From: Chthonomonadales bacterium
GTDB taxonomy: Bacteria > Armatimonadota > Chthonomonadetes > Chthonomonadales > CAJBBX01
Reading direction: 5' to 3'
Assembly: GCA_038229495.1 (NCBI GenBank)
Contig: JBBROJ010000009.1
Location: 4,342-68,341 of the forward strand
DNA length: 64,000 nt
The notes below the pieces were generated by a model, which was not told the origin of the DNA, ran no database searches, and saw only the letters and a program-made list of their open reading frames with translations. This document shows, one piece after another, positions 28,335 through 38,329 of the stretch (the first letter of the stretch is position 1; each line of letters starts with the position of its first letter). A program made the position numbers and the translations under genes.

Positions 28335-29573
28335 TCAATGCGCTCTGAGACGCGCGAAGAAACCCGAGACCGCCTTCCCAAATCCGCCCAGCGGATTGCC
28401 CGATTGAGCGGAGCTGCGCCCGTGTAAAACCTGATGCGCGCCAAACTGAACGAGCCCGACGGCTGTCGAATACACGGGACTGTTGACTGAATCGCCGAGC
28501 CCCTGGATGTTCGTCGGCTTGCCCAGGCGAACAGGCATTTCAAGTACGTGGCTTGCGCAGTCGGCAGTTCCTTTGAGCTGAGAGCCGCCTCCACTGAGAA
28601 CCAGACCGGCGGGCAGCATGTTGTGGCAGCCGGACTTCATTATCTCTTTCTGCACAAACTCGAAAAGCTCCTGCATCCTCGCCTCGATTGCCTGACAAAC
28701 AAGCCTGCGCGGCAGCAGCTTCTTCTCGTCGCTGCCTATCTGCACTAATTGCACGGTCTCCGATTCGGGTATCGAGTTCACGAGCGTGCTGCCCTTCTCG
28801 ATCTTGAGCCTCTCGGCTTCGTCCGACGCCAGGCGGAAGAGCTGCGCGAGATCGTTCGTGACGTGGTTGCCGCCGATAGGCACGATGGCCGAATAGTAGA
28901 TAGCCCCGCCCTGAAAAATGGCCAGGTCGCTCGTACCGCCGCCAATATCTACCATGCAAACGCCGAGATTTCGCTCCGCAGGAAGCAGTACCGCCTCAGC
29001 GGTCGCAAGCGGCTCCAGCACCAGGTCTTCGAGGGCAAGCCCCGCCCGTGACACGCATTTCTGCACGTTGTCGATAATCGTGCGGGTGCCGGTGACAATA
29101 TGCGTCTCGACCTCGAGACGCGCTCCCGACATGCCCTCGGGGTGGCGAATCCCGTTCTGGCCGTCAATGGAGTATGAGCGCGGAATTGCGTGCAGGATTA
29201 TGCGGTCGGGCGGCAGGACGATAACCCGGGACTGCTCGTTCACACGCTCGATATCGTCCTCGTTGATCTCCCGGTCCGCGTGCGTAATCGCGGTGACGCC
29301 CTTCGAGTTGAGCGAAGTGATATGCTCGCCCGTCACGCCGACATAGACAGAGGTTATTTCCCGGCCGGATTGGCGCGATGCCTTATTGACAGCATCCTCG
29401 ACCGCGTGGACGGTCGATTCGATATCGACGACCACGCCGCCCTTCAATCCGGCGGACGGGCTGACGCCCACGCCGCTCACAATGATCTCGCCGCTCTCGC
29501 CGACCTCTGCCACGACGCAGCAGATCTTGGTGGTCCCAATATCGAGTCCGGCTATTAGATCGTGTCTCGCCAA
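28335..29573 (-). CDS. ftsA: Cell division protein FtsA
   Basis: GLDIGTTKI, VDIGGGTSD, GGNHVTNDL and a C-terminal amphipathic helix. Confidence 0.98.
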   Translation of the reverse strand: MARHDLIAGLDIGTTKICCVVAEVGESGEIIVSGVGVSPSAGLKGGVVVDIESTVHAVEDAVNKASRQSGREITSVYVGVTGEHITSLNSKGVTAITHADREINEDDIERVNEQSRVIVLPPDRIILHAIPRSYSIDGQNGIRHPEGMSGARLEVETHIVTGTRTIIDNVQKCVSRAGLALEDLVLEPLATAEAVLLPAERNLGVCMVDIGGGTSDLAIFQGGAIYYSAIVPIGGNHVTNDLAQLFRLASDEAERLKIEKGSTLVNSIPESETVQLVQIGSDEKKLLPRRLVCQAIEARMQELFEFVQKEIMKSGCHNMLPAGLVLSGGGSQLKGTADCASHVLEMPVRLGKPTNIQGLGDSVNSPVYSTAVGLVQFGAHQVLHGRSSAQSGNPLGGFGKAVSGFFARLRAH

Positions 29574-29585
29574 CAGAGTCTCCGA

Positions 29586-29654
29586 TTCAGGTTTCAGGTA
29601 TCAGGTGTTCGGGTATTCAGGTGTTTGGCCTGAATACCCGAATACCTGAATACC
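29586..29654. repeat. Inverted 8-mer repeat hairpin (GGTATTCAGG / CCTGAATACC)
   Basis: TTCAGGTTTCAGGTATCAGGTGTTCGGGTATTCAGG...CCTGAATACCCGAATACCTGAATACC. Confidence 0.75.
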
Positions 29655-30038
29655 TTATATCTGCTCTTTCCGCTTGCCCAGCGCGGCCTTCGTCAGGTAG
29701 TAGCGACGAATCAGCGAAAGGTTCAGGAACACGCGTGTCCCGAGCGCCACAACCGCCGCGAGGAACAGGTCCACGCCGATCTTGTCGCCAAGATAGGCCA
29801 ATCCGGCAGCCAGCAGAGTGTTAAGCAGGAATCCGCTGACAAATATGTCGTCCTGGAACCGGCCCTCGATCCCCGCGCGCACCCCGCCCAACACGGTATC
29901 CAGGCCTGCCAGAGTTGCGAGCGACAGGTAAGGAGCATAGGCGCTCGCGACGCCCGCTGGAACGTTCATGAACGCGAAGCATGCGTAGCCAACCGCAAAG
30001 CCGCCCGCAACACCTCCAACTGGAAGCCAGGCGGTCAT
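29655..30038 (-). CDS. sbp: Small basic protein Sbp (DUF1290)
   Basis: YLSLATLAGLDTVLGGVRA, LGDKIGVDLFLAAVVALGTRVFLNLS..RR. Confidence 0.92.
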   Translation of the reverse strand: MTAWLPVGGVAGGFAVGYACFAFMNVPAGVASAYAPYLSLATLAGLDTVLGGVRAGIEGRFQDDIFVSGFLLNTLLAAGLAYLGDKIGVDLFLAAVVALGTRVFLNLSLIRRYYLTKAALGKRKEQI

Positions 30039-30883
30039 GGATTCTCCCTGTCTTTGCCGGTCTCTTTTCTGTCGTCCTGGCCGGCCTCGTTGTTGTGCCT
30101 GGCTTCGCGCTTCCCGCTCTTCTCAGTCGTCTCAATCGGCCTGGCGTAGCGCACTTCGGTGCTTCCCGTATAGCCGGGGACCACGACGGACTTGCGCTTT
30201 TCGATTCTGCACATCTCCGGGTCGTATGCCCGAAACATCACGTCTATATATCCGTCCGGAAGGTTCAGGCTGCTCCACAGCGTATCAGCATCCCCGATCG
30301 CGCGAATCTCGAATGGCGACCCTGTGCGCACATCGTTTACAATGGCGGTCGGGCCTACGCATCGAATCGGGGTTCGAGAGATAATACGCTGGCCATTGAT
30401 GGAGATCGCCTCCGCGCCCGATGCGTTGAGCTCGTTAATGGCCTGCTGCAGCGTGTAATCGTGAATGATGTAGTTCGGTTTTTCGAACTGGCGGTTGGAA
30501 GGCGGCCCTTTTTTGCTGTCCTGGATGATTAGTACGACGCCCGGTCCCCGTACCTCCGTCAGGCCGGCGAGAAGCTTGGTCTTCTGGAGCTCTTCGTTAA
30601 GCGTTTTCGCGAGACCCGTACCCTTCGCCAGGGTCTCTTCCAGTTTCGTTTTCTCTTCCCGAACTTTCGAGATCTCGTCCTGGAGCTTTTTTGTCTCCTG
30701 AACATCCGTTTGCGACGGGCGAGGCGAGATAAAGCCTATACGGCCAAGCGACGCGGCCCCCGAGCGATTGATATTGCGCACCGTTTGGAGCGACCCGGCG
30801 AGCAGCACCCCTAAAATAAAGCAGAGGCCCGTTACCTGCCACACCCACGGCTGTTGACGGGAGCCCGATGTAAAGACATTCAT
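30035..30883 (-). CDS. DUF881 family protein (YlxW/YlxX-like)
   Basis: TM segment, coiled coil, AGLTEVRGPGV, INELNASGAEAISINGQRI. Confidence 0.92.
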   Translation of the reverse strand: MNVFTSGSRQQPWVWQVTGLCFILGVLLAGSLQTVRNINRSGAASLGRIGFISPRPSQTDVQETKKLQDEISKVREEKTKLEETLAKGTGLAKTLNEELQKTKLLAGLTEVRGPGVVLIIQDSKKGPPSNRQFEKPNYIIHDYTLQQAINELNASGAEAISINGQRIISRTPIRCVGPTAIVNDVRTGSPFEIRAIGDADTLWSSLNLPDGYIDVMFRAYDPEMCRIEKRKSVVVPGYTGSTEVRYARPIETTEKSGKREARHNNEAGQDDRKETGKDRENP

Positions 30884-30901
30884 TGAGATCGCAATGCGGC
30901 T

Positions 30902-32008
30902 TCAACGCCGCACCTCCGGCTGCTCGCTCGCCGCCTGCTCCCCGGCCAGTAATGAACGCACGGAGCGCTTAGGATGCGCGGAACGAGAAGAACGGGTGCT
31001 GATGCGGGAAGCGCGCGGCCTGACCGCTGACTCTGTCGAATCTTGAGTTGATACAATTTCGCGATGGTTATTGGAAGTGGTCGGTTCGAGAACGGATGGT
31101 GCATTATTCTTACGCAAATCGGCGGGATGAGCAGCAATTCCCTGCGTCAATCCACTTGCATGCTGTGCGGTTCCGCGAGGAAGGCAGGCTGGAGCGTCCG
31201 GACAGCGGAGGTCGATGGCCTCGACTTCCGCGCCGATGTCCGGCCTCTCTTCATAGATGCGGCGAACGAGCGCGAGCTTCGTATCGAGCTTATCCGTATG
31301 TCCGATACGAATTGCAACCTTGTCTGCCATATTTAAGCATATATCCGCGTTTTGGTCAACCTCGATTTTGGCGATTTCGAGCCGCGTGCCGTGAGTCGCG
31401 AGGGCCGCGGCGACAAGCGCACCCGCGACTCCCGGAATGTCCACATGCTGACCCGCCGAAATGCTGCAATCGAACGGAAGGGCGATCTCAACGAGCTTGC
31501 GTTCCAGACGGGCAGCGCGAATCGCGAAACCAGCCGCGTCGAGCTCCCAACGCGTGCCCGCGCATGCAAGAATCGCCACAGGAACCCGCGGAACGATGCT
31601 GATTTCCACACGATCTGGCAGGCGGCGCGCAACACGCGCGCTCTCCACCGAAGGCACGCGAGAGAGAGCGCCCTCCATCCTGCCGGTCCGTACATGGAAA
31701 ATGTTCGTGCCCGCAGGCAATGCCGCCGCATTCTGCACCGCGGCGGCCTCTTCCGGCAGCAGGCCGCCCAGGCCCGTTATGCTTACATGCCGCACGGCGA
31801 CAAGAGGACTCCGATATACGCCTGTCACACAGCAAGCGGCGGCCACCAGAGCCAGGCACCAAGCGAAAACCCGCAGCCGGGTGCGAGAGAGAATCGGCGT
31901 ACGCTTGCCGGCCCGGCGGCGCGCCTTGTGGCGCGCAGGCTCGGACGAGCGCCCGCTCTGTGTCGATTGCCTAACGCTCCGGTGCGGTGCAGAGTAGTAT
32001 CGATTCAT
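30902..32008 (-). CDS. ftsQ: Cell division protein FtsQ/DivIB
   Basis: Basic N-terminus, single TM, POTRA-like VESARVARRLPDRVEI, IDLR motif, and dcw position. Confidence 0.85.
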   Translation of the reverse strand: MNRYYSAPHRSVRQSTQSGRSSEPARHKARRRAGKRTPILSRTRLRVFAWCLALVAAACCVTGVYRSPLVAVRHVSITGLGGLLPEEAAAVQNAAALPAGTNIFHVRTGRMEGALSRVPSVESARVARRLPDRVEISIVPRVPVAILACAGTRWELDAAGFAIRAARLERKLVEIALPFDCSISAGQHVDIPGVAGALVAAALATHGTRLEIAKIEVDQNADICLNMADKVAIRIGHTDKLDTKLALVRRIYEERPDIGAEVEAIDLRCPDAPACLPRGTAQHASGLTQGIAAHPADLRKNNAPSVLEPTTSNNHREIVSTQDSTESAVRPRASRISTRSSRSAHPKRSVRSLLAGEQAASEQPEVRR

Positions 32009-33417
32009 ACCGTGGCTCCGCTCAATCGCATATACTCCTCGGCCGCCTCGCGAATATCGCCCGCGCCCATCGTAATGACGAGATCGCCCTCCCGGCAGAC
32101 CCATTTAAGCGCGTCCGCCACTTCAGGCTTAGTTGGCAGGTATAGCACTGTTCTGGCCGGGACGATTTCCGCTATCTTGCGTGTCAGATCCGAGACGTTC
32201 ACGTCGGGAATCGGCTTTTCGCGCGCGGCGTAAATATTGGTCAGCAGAATCACATCGGCCCCCGCAAGCGATTCGGCAAATCCATCCACAAAATCGCGCG
32301 TCCGGCTGTAGAGGTGCGGCTGGAAGACCGCGACGAGCCGTCGTTCGGGATAGGCGGCGCGCGCAGCCGAAATCGTCGCGCGAATCTCGGTGGGATGGTG
32401 CGCATAGTCATCGATTACCAGTACACCGTTCGTGTCGCCCAGGATCTCGAACCGCCTGCCCGTGCCGGAGAATGCCCCGATGCCGCGTCCAATCGCCTCC
32501 AGCGATACTCCTGCCTCGATTCCAACAGCGGCAGCGGCCAGCGAATTGAGCACGTTGTGCATTCCCGGAATGCTCAACCGTGCCATTACCGATTCCTGCC
32601 GTGTCTCGCCATCAACTGAAATGCGCAGAGTGTACGACGATCCCCCACCCTCCTGCCGGACGTTCTCCGCCCACACGCTGCTCAGGCCGTACGGCTTGAA
32701 TCCGTAAGAGACGCGCCGGGGTCCCTCGTCCATCTGGAGTTCGTAGTGCGCCATTCGCTGCGCGCCGCAGTCCTCGGCGCACCAGATCAGCGTTCCGGTG
32801 GTCTGCATAATAAACTTCCTAAAGCTCGCGAAGACCGCGACCTCCGTGCCAAAGTGGTCCAGATGGTCCGCTTCGACATTCGTAAGAACCGTTATCTGCG
32901 GGCGTAGCGAAAGAAAGGAATCGTACGCCTCGCACGCTTCAGTAAGAAAGACCGGGCCGGCTCCGATTCGCGCATTGCCGCCGATTGGCGCGTACTCGCC
33001 GCCCACCAGAACCGTCGGATCGAGTCCGCCGGACAGCAGGACTTCCGCGACCATCGCCGTGGTCGTCGTTTTGCCGTGCGTGCCCGCGACCGCCACGGTC
33101 GGCCCGGCATACTCGGCCATCAGCCGGCCCAGGAATTCCGCGCGCGATACGATTGGAATCCCAGTTCTGCGCGCGGCCGCCAGTTCGGCGTTGGCGTTTG
33201 GAATCGCGGCGGTCGCGACCACGAGATCGGGTTTCGCAGCCGAGATGTTCTCAGCCGCCTGCCTGGAGAATATCGTTGCGCCCTGGCGCACAAGCCGTTC
33301 CGTAGCCGCGTTGGTTTGCGGATCGGACCCCGAAACATGCATGCCGCGGGAGAGCAGCGCCTGCGCCAGGCCGCTCATCCCCACTCCGCCAATTCCGATA
33401 AAATGTACGCGATTCAA
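32005..33417 (-). CDS. murC: UDP-N-acetylmuramate--L-alanine ligase
   Basis: HFIGIGGVGMSG, AGTHGKTTTT, EACE, DDYAHHPTEI, FQPHLYSRT. The TTG start overlaps the murG stop. Confidence 0.97.
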   Translation of the reverse strand: MNRVHFIGIGGVGMSGLAQALLSRGMHVSGSDPQTNAATERLVRQGATIFSRQAAENISAAKPDLVVATAAIPNANAELAAARRTGIPIVSRAEFLGRLMAEYAGPTVAVAGTHGKTTTTAMVAEVLLSGGLDPTVLVGGEYAPIGGNARIGAGPVFLTEACEAYDSFLSLRPQITVLTNVEADHLDHFGTEVAVFASFRKFIMQTTGTLIWCAEDCGAQRMAHYELQMDEGPRRVSYGFKPYGLSSVWAENVRQEGGGSSYTLRISVDGETRQESVMARLSIPGMHNVLNSLAAAAVGIEAGVSLEAIGRGIGAFSGTGRRFEILGDTNGVLVIDDYAHHPTEIRATISAARAAYPERRLVAVFQPHLYSRTRDFVDGFAESLAGADVILLTNIYAAREKPIPDVNVSDLTRKIAEIVPARTVLYLPTKPEVADALKWVCREGDLVITMGAGDIREAAEEYMRLSGATV

Positions 33418-34511
33418 ATTGCGGCGTCCAAAGCTATTCGAGCCACCCGCTCCGCGGCATCGGGCCTGCTCAACGCCCGGCTTGCAGCGGCCATAGCGGA
33501 CAAACGATCCGATGCTCCAAGCAGGTCGGTAACGTGCGCGGCGAGCCTCTCGGATGTCAATTCGGCCTGGGGCAGCAGGATTCCACCGCCTCCCTGCTCC
33601 ATTGCCCGCGCGTTGTGCGTCTGATGATCGGCATACGCGCTGGGCAACGGAACCATCAACACGGGAAGGCCGTTCGCGGCTGCTTCCGCAAGCGAGCCAA
33701 CTCCGCACCGGCATATCGTCAGGTTCGCGGCTCGATACGCAAGCGGCATCTGCCGCAAATCCAGGAACGGGAATGAGACGTAGCCCGCGCTACCCACCAC
33801 CCATTTTGTCGTCTGTTCGGCGTCTTTTGATCCGGTCTGGTGCAGTACCTGAACATTGGCGGGCAGCAGCGGCAGCGCGCCTCGCACCAGCTCATTGAGC
33901 CGTTGCGCGCCCTGGCTGCCCCCCGTCACTAGCGCCGTAAAGCGAGTTAGATCTAGAGTTAGCTGCTCCCGAGCATAAGCCGGCGACTCATTGCTCACGA
34001 TTCCGTCGCGAATCGGCAGGCCCGTTAATTCGACTTTGCCTGAGGGAAACGCAGAGCGCGCCTCCTCGAACATAATGCAGATGCGAGTCGCCCAGCGGCT
34101 GACGAGCAGGTTAGTGCGCCCCGGCACCGCATCGGGAGCGAGCACGACGGTCGGAATGCGGCGGCGCGCGGCGGCGATGGCGGTCGCAGCCGCTACGTAC
34201 CCGCCGGTAGATACAACCACGCCGGGCTTGAACTCCCGGAGGAATCGCGATGCCTCGCCGTAACCCTTCATAAGCGCGAGCAGCGCTCCGAGGGTACCCG
34301 GCGAGACCAACTTGCGCAGCTTCCGGGTGGTAACGCCCACGAAGCGGATACCGGTAGGAGGGACAACCTGCGCCTCCATGCCCTGCGTCCCGCCGACAAA
34401 CGCGCATTCGACGCCGAGATCGAGCCGCCGAACCGCCTCCACGACCGCCAGCGCCGGATAGATGTGGCCGCCCGTTCCGCCGCCCGTGACAACAATTCTC
34501 ACTGCCCTCAC
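33414..34511 (-). CDS. murG: Undecaprenyl-PP-MurNAc-pentapeptide GlcNAc transferase
   Basis: GGGTGGHIYP, TGGYV, GGSQGA, HQTHNA. Confidence 0.97.
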   Translation of the reverse strand: MRAVRIVVTGGGTGGHIYPALAVVEAVRRLDLGVECAFVGGTQGMEAQVVPPTGIRFVGVTTRKLRKLVSPGTLGALLALMKGYGEASRFLREFKPGVVVSTGGYVAAATAIAAARRRIPTVVLAPDAVPGRTNLLVSRWATRICIMFEEARSAFPSGKVELTGLPIRDGIVSNESPAYAREQLTLDLTRFTALVTGGSQGAQRLNELVRGALPLLPANVQVLHQTGSKDAEQTTKWVVGSAGYVSFPFLDLRQMPLAYRAANLTICRCGVGSLAEAAANGLPVLMVPLPSAYADHQTHNARAMEQGGGGILLPQAELTSERLAAHVTDLLGASDRLSAMAAASRALSRPDAAERVARIALDAAI

Positions 34512-35707
34512 TGCCTAACTGCCGGCATGAGAAACTTACGATCACCGTCCCGATCCGCAGGACGCGGCGCGGAGTGCTCCAGCCGCCTGCCTTCGGGGTG
34601 CTGCGCGATATTCAGCAGAATGCCCACGCTCGCAAGGGTCAGGATGAGCGACGTGCCGCCAAACGAGATGAACGGCAGGGGCACGCCGGTCGCGGGCAGC
34701 GTGCCTGTAACCACGCCAACATTGATAATCGCCTGCCAGCTTATCATCGCGGCGATTCCGGCGGCCAGCATAGCACCAAACGTGTCCCTGGTACGGCGGG
34801 CAATCACCACGGCGCGCCAGCCTGTAAGAAAGAGCAGCCCTACTACCAGCGTGCTGCCCCACAATCCGGTCTCCTCGGCAATTGTGGCAAAAATGAAGTC
34901 CGTATTGGCCTCGGGGAGGTAGTATTTCTCCCGGCCCGCCCCGAATCCCATTCCACTTAGCCCGCCGGACCCTACCGCGAGTAGACCGTGCGCTGTCTGA
35001 TAGCCCTTCCCGCGTATGTCCGCCTCCGGATTCATGAATGTCTTCAGACGGTCGCCGCGAAACCCGTGCGTCATTGAGAGAGCCAGCATGAGCACTCCTC
35101 CGACCACGGAAATTGCCGCGAGGTGGCTCTTGCGCGCGCCGGCAAGAAATAACATCGTCATCGCCGTTAGCGCCATTACTGCGGCAGTGCCCAGGTCCGG
35201 CTCGCGCTCCACCAGCAGCACGAAAAGACCAACCACCAAGAGCGGGGGCAGAAGACCATCCATAAAACTGCGGATGTTGACGCTTCTGCCGTCCACGGCG
35301 CGCGCCAGCAGCCCGGCTAGATAGATGATGAGCGCAAGCTTGGCGAGCTCGGAGGGCTGGAACTGCATCACTTTGACGTCGATCCATCGGCTCGCCCCGT
35401 TTTTATGAATCCCGATGTGTGGAATCCATACCGCGATGAGCAGCAGCAGCGAGGCGATCAGCAGCGGGGCCGCGAGCGCCCGCAGCCGCCAATAGCCGTA
35501 GCGAATCATGAAGACCATCGCCCCAAGGCCGATGCCCGCGAATATCGCCTGCCGTCTCAGAAACACGAACCCATCGTTCACCTTGTCGATGGAACGGACG
35601 TAACTCGAGTCGTAGACCATGACGACGCCGACGACGAGGAGCGTCAGCGTCAACTGGAACAGGAGGTGATCGGTCAGAACGCGCCGCCGGCCCATTACGC
35701 CGGCCAT
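34508..35707 (-). CDS. ftsW: SEDS peptidoglycan polymerase FtsW
   Basis: GASRWI, FQPSELAK, EPDLG, LPEANTDFIF, GVPLPFISFGGTS. Confidence 0.96.
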   Translation of the reverse strand: MAGVMGRRRVLTDHLLFQLTLTLLVVGVVMVYDSSYVRSIDKVNDGFVFLRRQAIFAGIGLGAMVFMIRYGYWRLRALAAPLLIASLLLLIAVWIPHIGIHKNGASRWIDVKVMQFQPSELAKLALIIYLAGLLARAVDGRSVNIRSFMDGLLPPLLVVGLFVLLVEREPDLGTAAVMALTAMTMLFLAGARKSHLAAISVVGGVLMLALSMTHGFRGDRLKTFMNPEADIRGKGYQTAHGLLAVGSGGLSGMGFGAGREKYYLPEANTDFIFATIAEETGLWGSTLVVGLLFLTGWRAVVIARRTRDTFGAMLAAGIAAMISWQAIINVGVVTGTLPATGVPLPFISFGGTSLILTLASVGILLNIAQHPEGRRLEHSAPRPADRDGDRKFLMPAVRQ

Positions 35708-37183
35708 CTAACCGGCCATCCGGTTGGACTGCCGCGAATTAGATGCACCCGATGCAACCGTTGTACCAGTTGCATCCGATGGTCCGAGATCGCGGACCGC
35801 GCGCCGAAAGGCTTCACCCCGCGCCTCAAAATCCGCGAACATATCGAAGCTCGCGCACGCGGGCGAGAGCATTACTGCGTCGCCCACCTGGGCGTAGGTG
35901 GCCGCGATGGAGACCGCTTCATCCATCGTAGCGGCATTCGTAATCGCGTCAAATCCCGCGGCGCGCGCCGACGATTCGATAAGCGGGGCCGCCTGCCCAA
36001 TGAGCACGAGATGCCGCACGGTGTCGCTGCTCCGCGTGATGGCCGCACCGAGCGGCCCGAAGTCACTGTTCTTGTCCGCGCCGCCGGCAATGAGCACCGC
36101 CGGCCGGCTCAAGGCTTCCAGCGAGCGCACCGCGGCATCGACGTTGGTGCACATCGAGTTGTTGATGTAGAGCGCCCCGCCCACCGTCGCGACCGGCTCC
36201 ATTCTATGCACTACGCCCCGGAAAGAGCGCAGCGCTTCGGCAACGATCTCCGGCTCCACGCCGAACGATATGGCCGCGCCGGCAGCCGCGAGCGCGTTCT
36301 CTAGGTTATGCATCCCCGGAATTTGCAGCTCATCGACACGGCAGAGGATATACTCCGAGCCGTCCCACCGTACAACGATTCGCCCGCCCTGAACGCACGC
36401 GGAATCCGTCCTGCCGCAGTTGCCGCGATCGAACCAGAACAGGCGCGAATTCACCCGGCTCCCAACTCCTCGCGCGGGGGCGTTCACGGCATTTATCACC
36501 GCTACGTCGTCATGCCGCTGCGCGGCGAAGAGCCGCTCCTTGCAGAACGCGTACTCGGCGAAAGACCGATGGCGATTCAGGTGGTCCGGAGTGATGTTCG
36601 TGAGGACGCCGACGACTGGTCGGAACTGCTCCACCCACTCAAGCTGAAACGAGCTTATTTCGGCGACGACGACGTCCTCAGGCTCCGCCTGAGAGGCAGC
36701 CGTAATGAGAGACTGCTTCACCTCATCGGCGGCAATGTTGCCGGCAACCCAGGTCTTCCGGCCCGCAGCGCGTAGAATCTCGCCCAGCAGCATTGTCGTC
36801 GTCGTCTTGCCGTTGGTGCCCGTAACGGCGAGAATCGGCGCGCGGCAGATGCGGTAGGCTACCTCGATCTCGGATAGTATGGACATGCCGCGCAGCCGGG
36901 CCAGCTGGAGAATCGGAGCATCCCGCGGGATGCCGGGCGACGGCACCACAATCTCAGCATCATCGAGCGCTTCCGTGGGGGTCGCGCCGGAGCGCACCTC
37001 CACGCCAAGGCCCCGCGCCTCCTCGAACCTGCCGTTCAATCGCATCGCGCTCTCCGAGTCGGAGAGCAGGACTTCTGCTCCAAGGTCACGCAGGACGGGC
37101 GCCGCGGCCAATCCGGTTCGTGCCATGCCCAGAATCGCAACGCGACGATTCGCAAACTCGCTTCGGGTTAGGGTCATAGTCAC
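35708..37183 (-). CDS. murD: UDP-MurNAc-L-Ala--D-glutamate ligase
   Basis: SPGIP, TGTNGKTTTT, EISSFQL, DHLNRH, LSPACASFDMF. Confidence 0.97.
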   Translation of the reverse strand: MTMTLTRSEFANRRVAILGMARTGLAAAPVLRDLGAEVLLSDSESAMRLNGRFEEARGLGVEVRSGATPTEALDDAEIVVPSPGIPRDAPILQLARLRGMSILSEIEVAYRICRAPILAVTGTNGKTTTTMLLGEILRAAGRKTWVAGNIAADEVKQSLITAASQAEPEDVVVAEISSFQLEWVEQFRPVVGVLTNITPDHLNRHRSFAEYAFCKERLFAAQRHDDVAVINAVNAPARGVGSRVNSRLFWFDRGNCGRTDSACVQGGRIVVRWDGSEYILCRVDELQIPGMHNLENALAAAGAAISFGVEPEIVAEALRSFRGVVHRMEPVATVGGALYINNSMCTNVDAAVRSLEALSRPAVLIAGGADKNSDFGPLGAAITRSSDTVRHLVLIGQAAPLIESSARAAGFDAITNAATMDEAVSIAATYAQVGDAVMLSPACASFDMFADFEARGEAFRRAVRDLGPSDATGTTVASGASNSRQSNRMAG

Positions 37184-37208
37184 TTCATTTTACTCCCCAG
37201 AATTGTTA

Positions 37209-37285
37209 GCCATTATAAACATGATGAACGTCATAAAAACCGGAGAGCGCCCTCTCGCCATCCTGTTCATTATATTTATTATGGC
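37209..37285. repeat. AT-rich palindromic element, copy 1
   Basis: GCCATTATAAACATGATGAAC...GTTCATTATATTTATTATGGC, the same family as 53775-53838. Confidence 0.8.
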
Positions 37286-37293
37286 GGAGCCTC

Positions 37294-38304
37294 TCAACGG
37301 CCCGCGATGAGGGCAAGTGTTCCGGCGATGGCCAGCGCGGTTGCCAGCCAGAAACGTCCGACTATCTTGGTCTCGCGCAGGCCGCACTCTTCATAATGGT
37401 GGTGCAGCGGCGTGCGCCGGAAGACGCGGTTCGCTTTTGCGTACTCCAGGCCGTGCCTGCGCCTGCGCGCCTTGAAAACGACTACCTGAATGATAACGGA
37501 AAACGTGGCCGCCCAGGGAACGAGCGCGTAAAGTTGAAAGGCCACTTCAGTCTTGCCGAGCATCGCCATGCCCGCGAGCGCCGCCCCCAGCGCGAGCGAG
37601 CCCGTATCCCCCATAAACACCTGCGCCGGGTGAACATTGAACCAGAGAAAGCCCGCGCATCCCCCCGCGAGCGCTCCGCCGAATAGCGGAAGCCAGCCCT
37701 GCGCCGTCGCGGGAGAGACCGCTGCTGTTCCCGCCAGCGCGAGAGCCAGCAGCATGGACACCCCCCCGGCAAGGCCGTCCAGGCCATCCGTCAGATTGAT
37801 CGCGTTGGACATGCCCACAATGAACAGCACGCCCAGCGCATAGTACCAAACTCCCAGGTCGGCCCAGTAGCTGCCGATTCCGAGCATCGTAGTGCGGCCT
37901 TGAACACCCGCTGCGGCAAGCCACCAGACAAAAACGCCGGCGAATAGAAACTGAAACGCCAGCTTATGGCGCGCCTTCAGGCCGAGATTCTTTCCATGGC
38001 GGGCGATGAGGAGGTCGTCCAAAAAACCGATCAGGCCGAAAGCAAGCGTTAATCCCAGTAGCGCCAGCTCGGTCAGGTGCGCCGGGTTGAGCGCGACATC
38101 GGCCAGCGCCGGAAACAGCAAGCCCAAGAGTATAAGCAGGCCGCCCATCGTCGTCGTGCCCTGCTTGGCGCTGTGAGCCGCCGGGGCGTCTATCGATATC
38201 GACTGCGACGCGCCCAGCCTCTTCAGGGCGCGAATCACGGGCATGCCGAACGCGATTCCAACTCCGCATGCGGCTACAAATCCCGCCGCTATGGACCCCG
38301 TCAT
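37294..38304 (-). CDS. mraY: Phospho-N-acetylmuramoyl-pentapeptide transferase
   Basis: KQGTTTMGG, GFLDD, NAINLTDGLDGLA, FMGDTGSLALG, PLHHHYE. Start codon is uncertain. Confidence 0.96.
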   Translation of the reverse strand: MTGSIAAGFVAACGVGIAFGMPVIRALKRLGASQSISIDAPAAHSAKQGTTTMGGLLILLGLLFPALADVALNPAHLTELALLGLTLAFGLIGFLDDLLIARHGKNLGLKARHKLAFQFLFAGVFVWWLAAAGVQGRTTMLGIGSYWADLGVWYYALGVLFIVGMSNAINLTDGLDGLAGGVSMLLALALAGTAAVSPATAQGWLPLFGGALAGGCAGFLWFNVHPAQVFMGDTGSLALGAALAGMAMLGKTEVAFQLYALVPWAATFSVIIQVVVFKARRRRHGLEYAKANRVFRRTPLHHHYEECGLRETKIVGRFWLATALAIAGTLALIAGR

Positions 38305-38329
38305 CCCGCTCGCGCTCAAGTGCGTACGC

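Noticed and set aside
33418-33714. N-terminal extensions of murC, and likewise of murE, mraY, ftsZ, ftsQ, the M48 peptidase and DUF374
   Set aside because: The extensions overlap upstream genes or REP elements. Downstream starts with an RBS or stop/start coupling fit better.
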